Position numbers and translations under genes: made by a program. The notes beneath the pieces were generated by a model. The model saw nothing but the letters and a program-made list of their open reading frames with translations. It was not told where the DNA came from and ran no database searches. Below are positions 61,830-64,000 of a stretch of 64,000 bases of DNA, piece by piece. Within the stretch, counting starts at the first letter, position 1; every line of letters starts with the position of its first letter. This DNA is from Octopus sinensis (lineage: Eukaryota): positions 183,892,001-183,956,000 of the forward strand of contig NC_042998.1 of NCBI RefSeq assembly GCF_006345805.1, written 5' to 3'.

Positions 61830-62340
61830 TGACCCCCTTCATTCATGAATGACCATGGGATTGCACCTAAAAAATTACCTTCTGAGGCACAAGTCTGAGC
61901 AAGGTTGTTTATGGAAGACCAGCAGTCGCCCACGCATACCAGCCTCCCCGTTCCATGCCACCAATGTTATCCAAGGGAAAGGAAAAGGCCGATACAGCTT
62001 GGTACCAGTGACGTCACAGCTCATTTATTAACGTGCAAGTGGCAGAGCACTCCACAGACATGTGTACCCTTAACGTAGTTCTCGGGGAGATTCAGCGTGA
62101 CAAAGAGAGTGACAAGACTGGCCCTTTGAAATACAGGTACAACAGAAACAGGAAGTAAGAGTGAGAGAAAGTTGTGGTGAAACAGTACAACAGGGTTCAC
62201 CACCACCACCCGCTGGGGCCTCGTGGAGCTTTAGGTGTTTTTGCTCAATAAACACTCACAATGCCCAGTCTGGGAATCGAAACTGTGAACCTACGACCGT
62301 GAGTCTGCTGCCCTAACCACTGGGCCATTGCGCCTCCACC
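61830..62340 (-). mobile_element. tRNA-SINE (third family)
   Basis: Homologous to 25440-25845 and 52640-52970. Confidence 0.8.
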
Positions 62341-62529
62341 ATGTGAACATGTATTTTCCTAATAATGTGTGTAGCAACTGTATGCATATATTTATGTGCA
62401 ATTTAGATTTTTAAAAATGTTAGCTTGTCACACAAAACAACTCTGTATTCAAAATTAAAAATGAAATTAACCACTGATCTAAACCTGGTTTATATTTTTC
62501 AAAATAAAATGTCTTTGTCAATATTTTGT

Positions 62530-63080
62530 TGCTCTGTTGTTTGTACTTTCTGCACTGGTGAGACCCATATTGGAGTACGGGATTCAAGCCTCTTCTCCTT
62601 ATCTCCTCAAAGACATACATCATCTCAAAAGAGTCCAGAAGCTGGCTACCCGCATGGTTCTTGGTCTCAAGCATTTGTCTTATGAAGAAAGGCTGAAGAC
62701 GCTCAACCCTTATTCTCTAGAAAAACGACACCGCCGTGGTGATCTCATTCTCGCTCACAACATCATAAGCAGAAAGTGTAACCTCTCAAAAGAGCTGTTC
62801 TTCACTTCTGCTCCAGAGCGTCGGCTGCGGGGTCACTCTATCTGAGACGATTTCATCTCAATCGAAGGAGAGGGTCTTTCTCCGTCTGGGTTGCGGATCC
62901 GTGGAATAAGCTGCCGGACGAGATAGTGAAGATGCCGACGACCGCTCAGTTCAAAGTCTCTCTTGACTAGAAATGGCCTGAATTCTTTGCATGAACACCC
63001 TCTACATAACTCCATGTCCCCTTACATGGCCTTGCTTTTTGCTTTTTGAGCCAAAAAATTAATTTAACTTAACTTAAAAT
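62530..63080 (+). mobile_element. CR1-like LINE 3' end
   Basis: ALVRPILEYG..KRVQKLATRMV..LSYEERLK..SLEKR.RRGDLI..RLRGHS, with a (TTAAC)n-like tail. Confidence 0.88.
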
Positions 63081-63317
63081 AGAAATAATTAAAATTTTGG
63101 CCACTGAGTTCCTGTATATAAAACATTAACATTTAATGAGTATAATATTTCTAGTATGCAGATGATGTATTTGTTGCCAGGGGGGACAGTTATCTGTTTT
63201 CTAATGACATGATATCACCATGTCTGCAGCCTGTTACAACTAATTTTACAGATGAGCACTTCATTCTAAAATTTTGTCTCTTCTTAGACAGAAATCTGAA
63301 TCTTCAGATGTATCTCT

Positions 63318-63540
63318 CTTTTACTCTTTTACTTGTTTCAGTCATTTGACTGTGGCCATGCTGGAGCACCGCCTTTAGTCGAGCAAATTGACACCAGGAC
63401 TTATTCTCTGGAAGCCTAGTACTTATTCTATCGTTCTCTATTGCCGAACCGCTAAGTTACGGGGACGTAAACACACCAGCAACGGTTGTCAAACGATGTT
63501 GGGGGGACAGACACCGACACACAAACACACACACACATAT
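63318..63540 (-). mobile_element. tRNA-SINE 3' part
   Basis: Same family as 286-607. Confidence 0.85.
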
Positions 63541-63725
63541 TGAGGTAGAAATTTATCCTATTCATTGTTTAGACTTTAAATATTTGCCTAGGGTTTGTAC
63601 AGGTAAGAAATGGATTACTCGTTCCCCTCTCTCTCTCTCTCTGATCCTCTTTCTTATATCCGTGTTCACAGGAGAAGAGGAGGGAAAGGGAGATAGATAA
63701 GCAATATAGTTCAATAACAACATTG

Positions 63726-64000
63726 GTGCAGGTGTAGCTGTGTGGTAAGAAGCTTGCTTCCCAAAAACATAGTTCCGGGTCACTAGCGTCGCTAGAGTGT
63801 GGGCCGACCCCGGATACCACAAAAAAATATATTATCCACAGCACACCCAAAAGTACCGCCCCTTTAAAAGTGCTGCCCGGACGCCCCCTCCTCACCACCA
63901 CCGCTACGCTAGAGTTCCGGTTTTGTCCCACTGCGTGGCACTTTGGGCGAGTGTCTTCTACTATAGCCTCGGGCCGACCAAAGCCTTGCGAGTGGATTTG
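63726..64000 (+). mobile_element. tRNA-SINE 5' part, interrupted
   Basis: Head gcaggtgtagctgtgtggtaag, continuing after 63914. Confidence 0.8.
63781..63914. mobile_element. 134-bp hAT-like MITE inside the SINE B box
   Basis: Termini cactagcg / cgctagag, with 8-bp TSD ttccgggt / ttccggtt (7 of 8 match). Confidence 0.65.

Overview
This is repeat-dominated, AT-rich eukaryotic DNA. The SINE families suggest an octopus-like cephalopod (inference from recalled repeat sequences, not a database search). The only confident protein-coding gene piece is the first coding exon (signal peptide plus N-terminus) of a hephaestin/ceruloplasmin-like multicopper oxidase on the - strand (8623-8771). The rest is decayed mobile DNA: tRNA-derived SINEs, four Penelope-like (GIY-YIG) remnants, an R4/Dong-like restriction-endonuclease LINE end, CR1-like LINE ends, a Ty3/Gypsy remnant, three mariners, hAT MITEs with 8-bp TSDs, Helitron-like non-autonomous elements and microsatellites. 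Three things stand out. (1) A 12.7-kb array of about 129 copies of a 98-bp satellite (27397-40081), whose single-copy 98-bp progenitor survives 3 kb away (43031-43128) in a tandem paralog of the same flank. (2) About eleven hammerhead-ribozyme motifs, including one apparently intact (58879-58964) and one with a compensatory U3-A8 core (4444-4485). (3) Repeated foldback or head-to-head duplications of these ribozyme-bearing elements. There is no CRISPR, and most of the supplied ORF track is microsatellite artefact.
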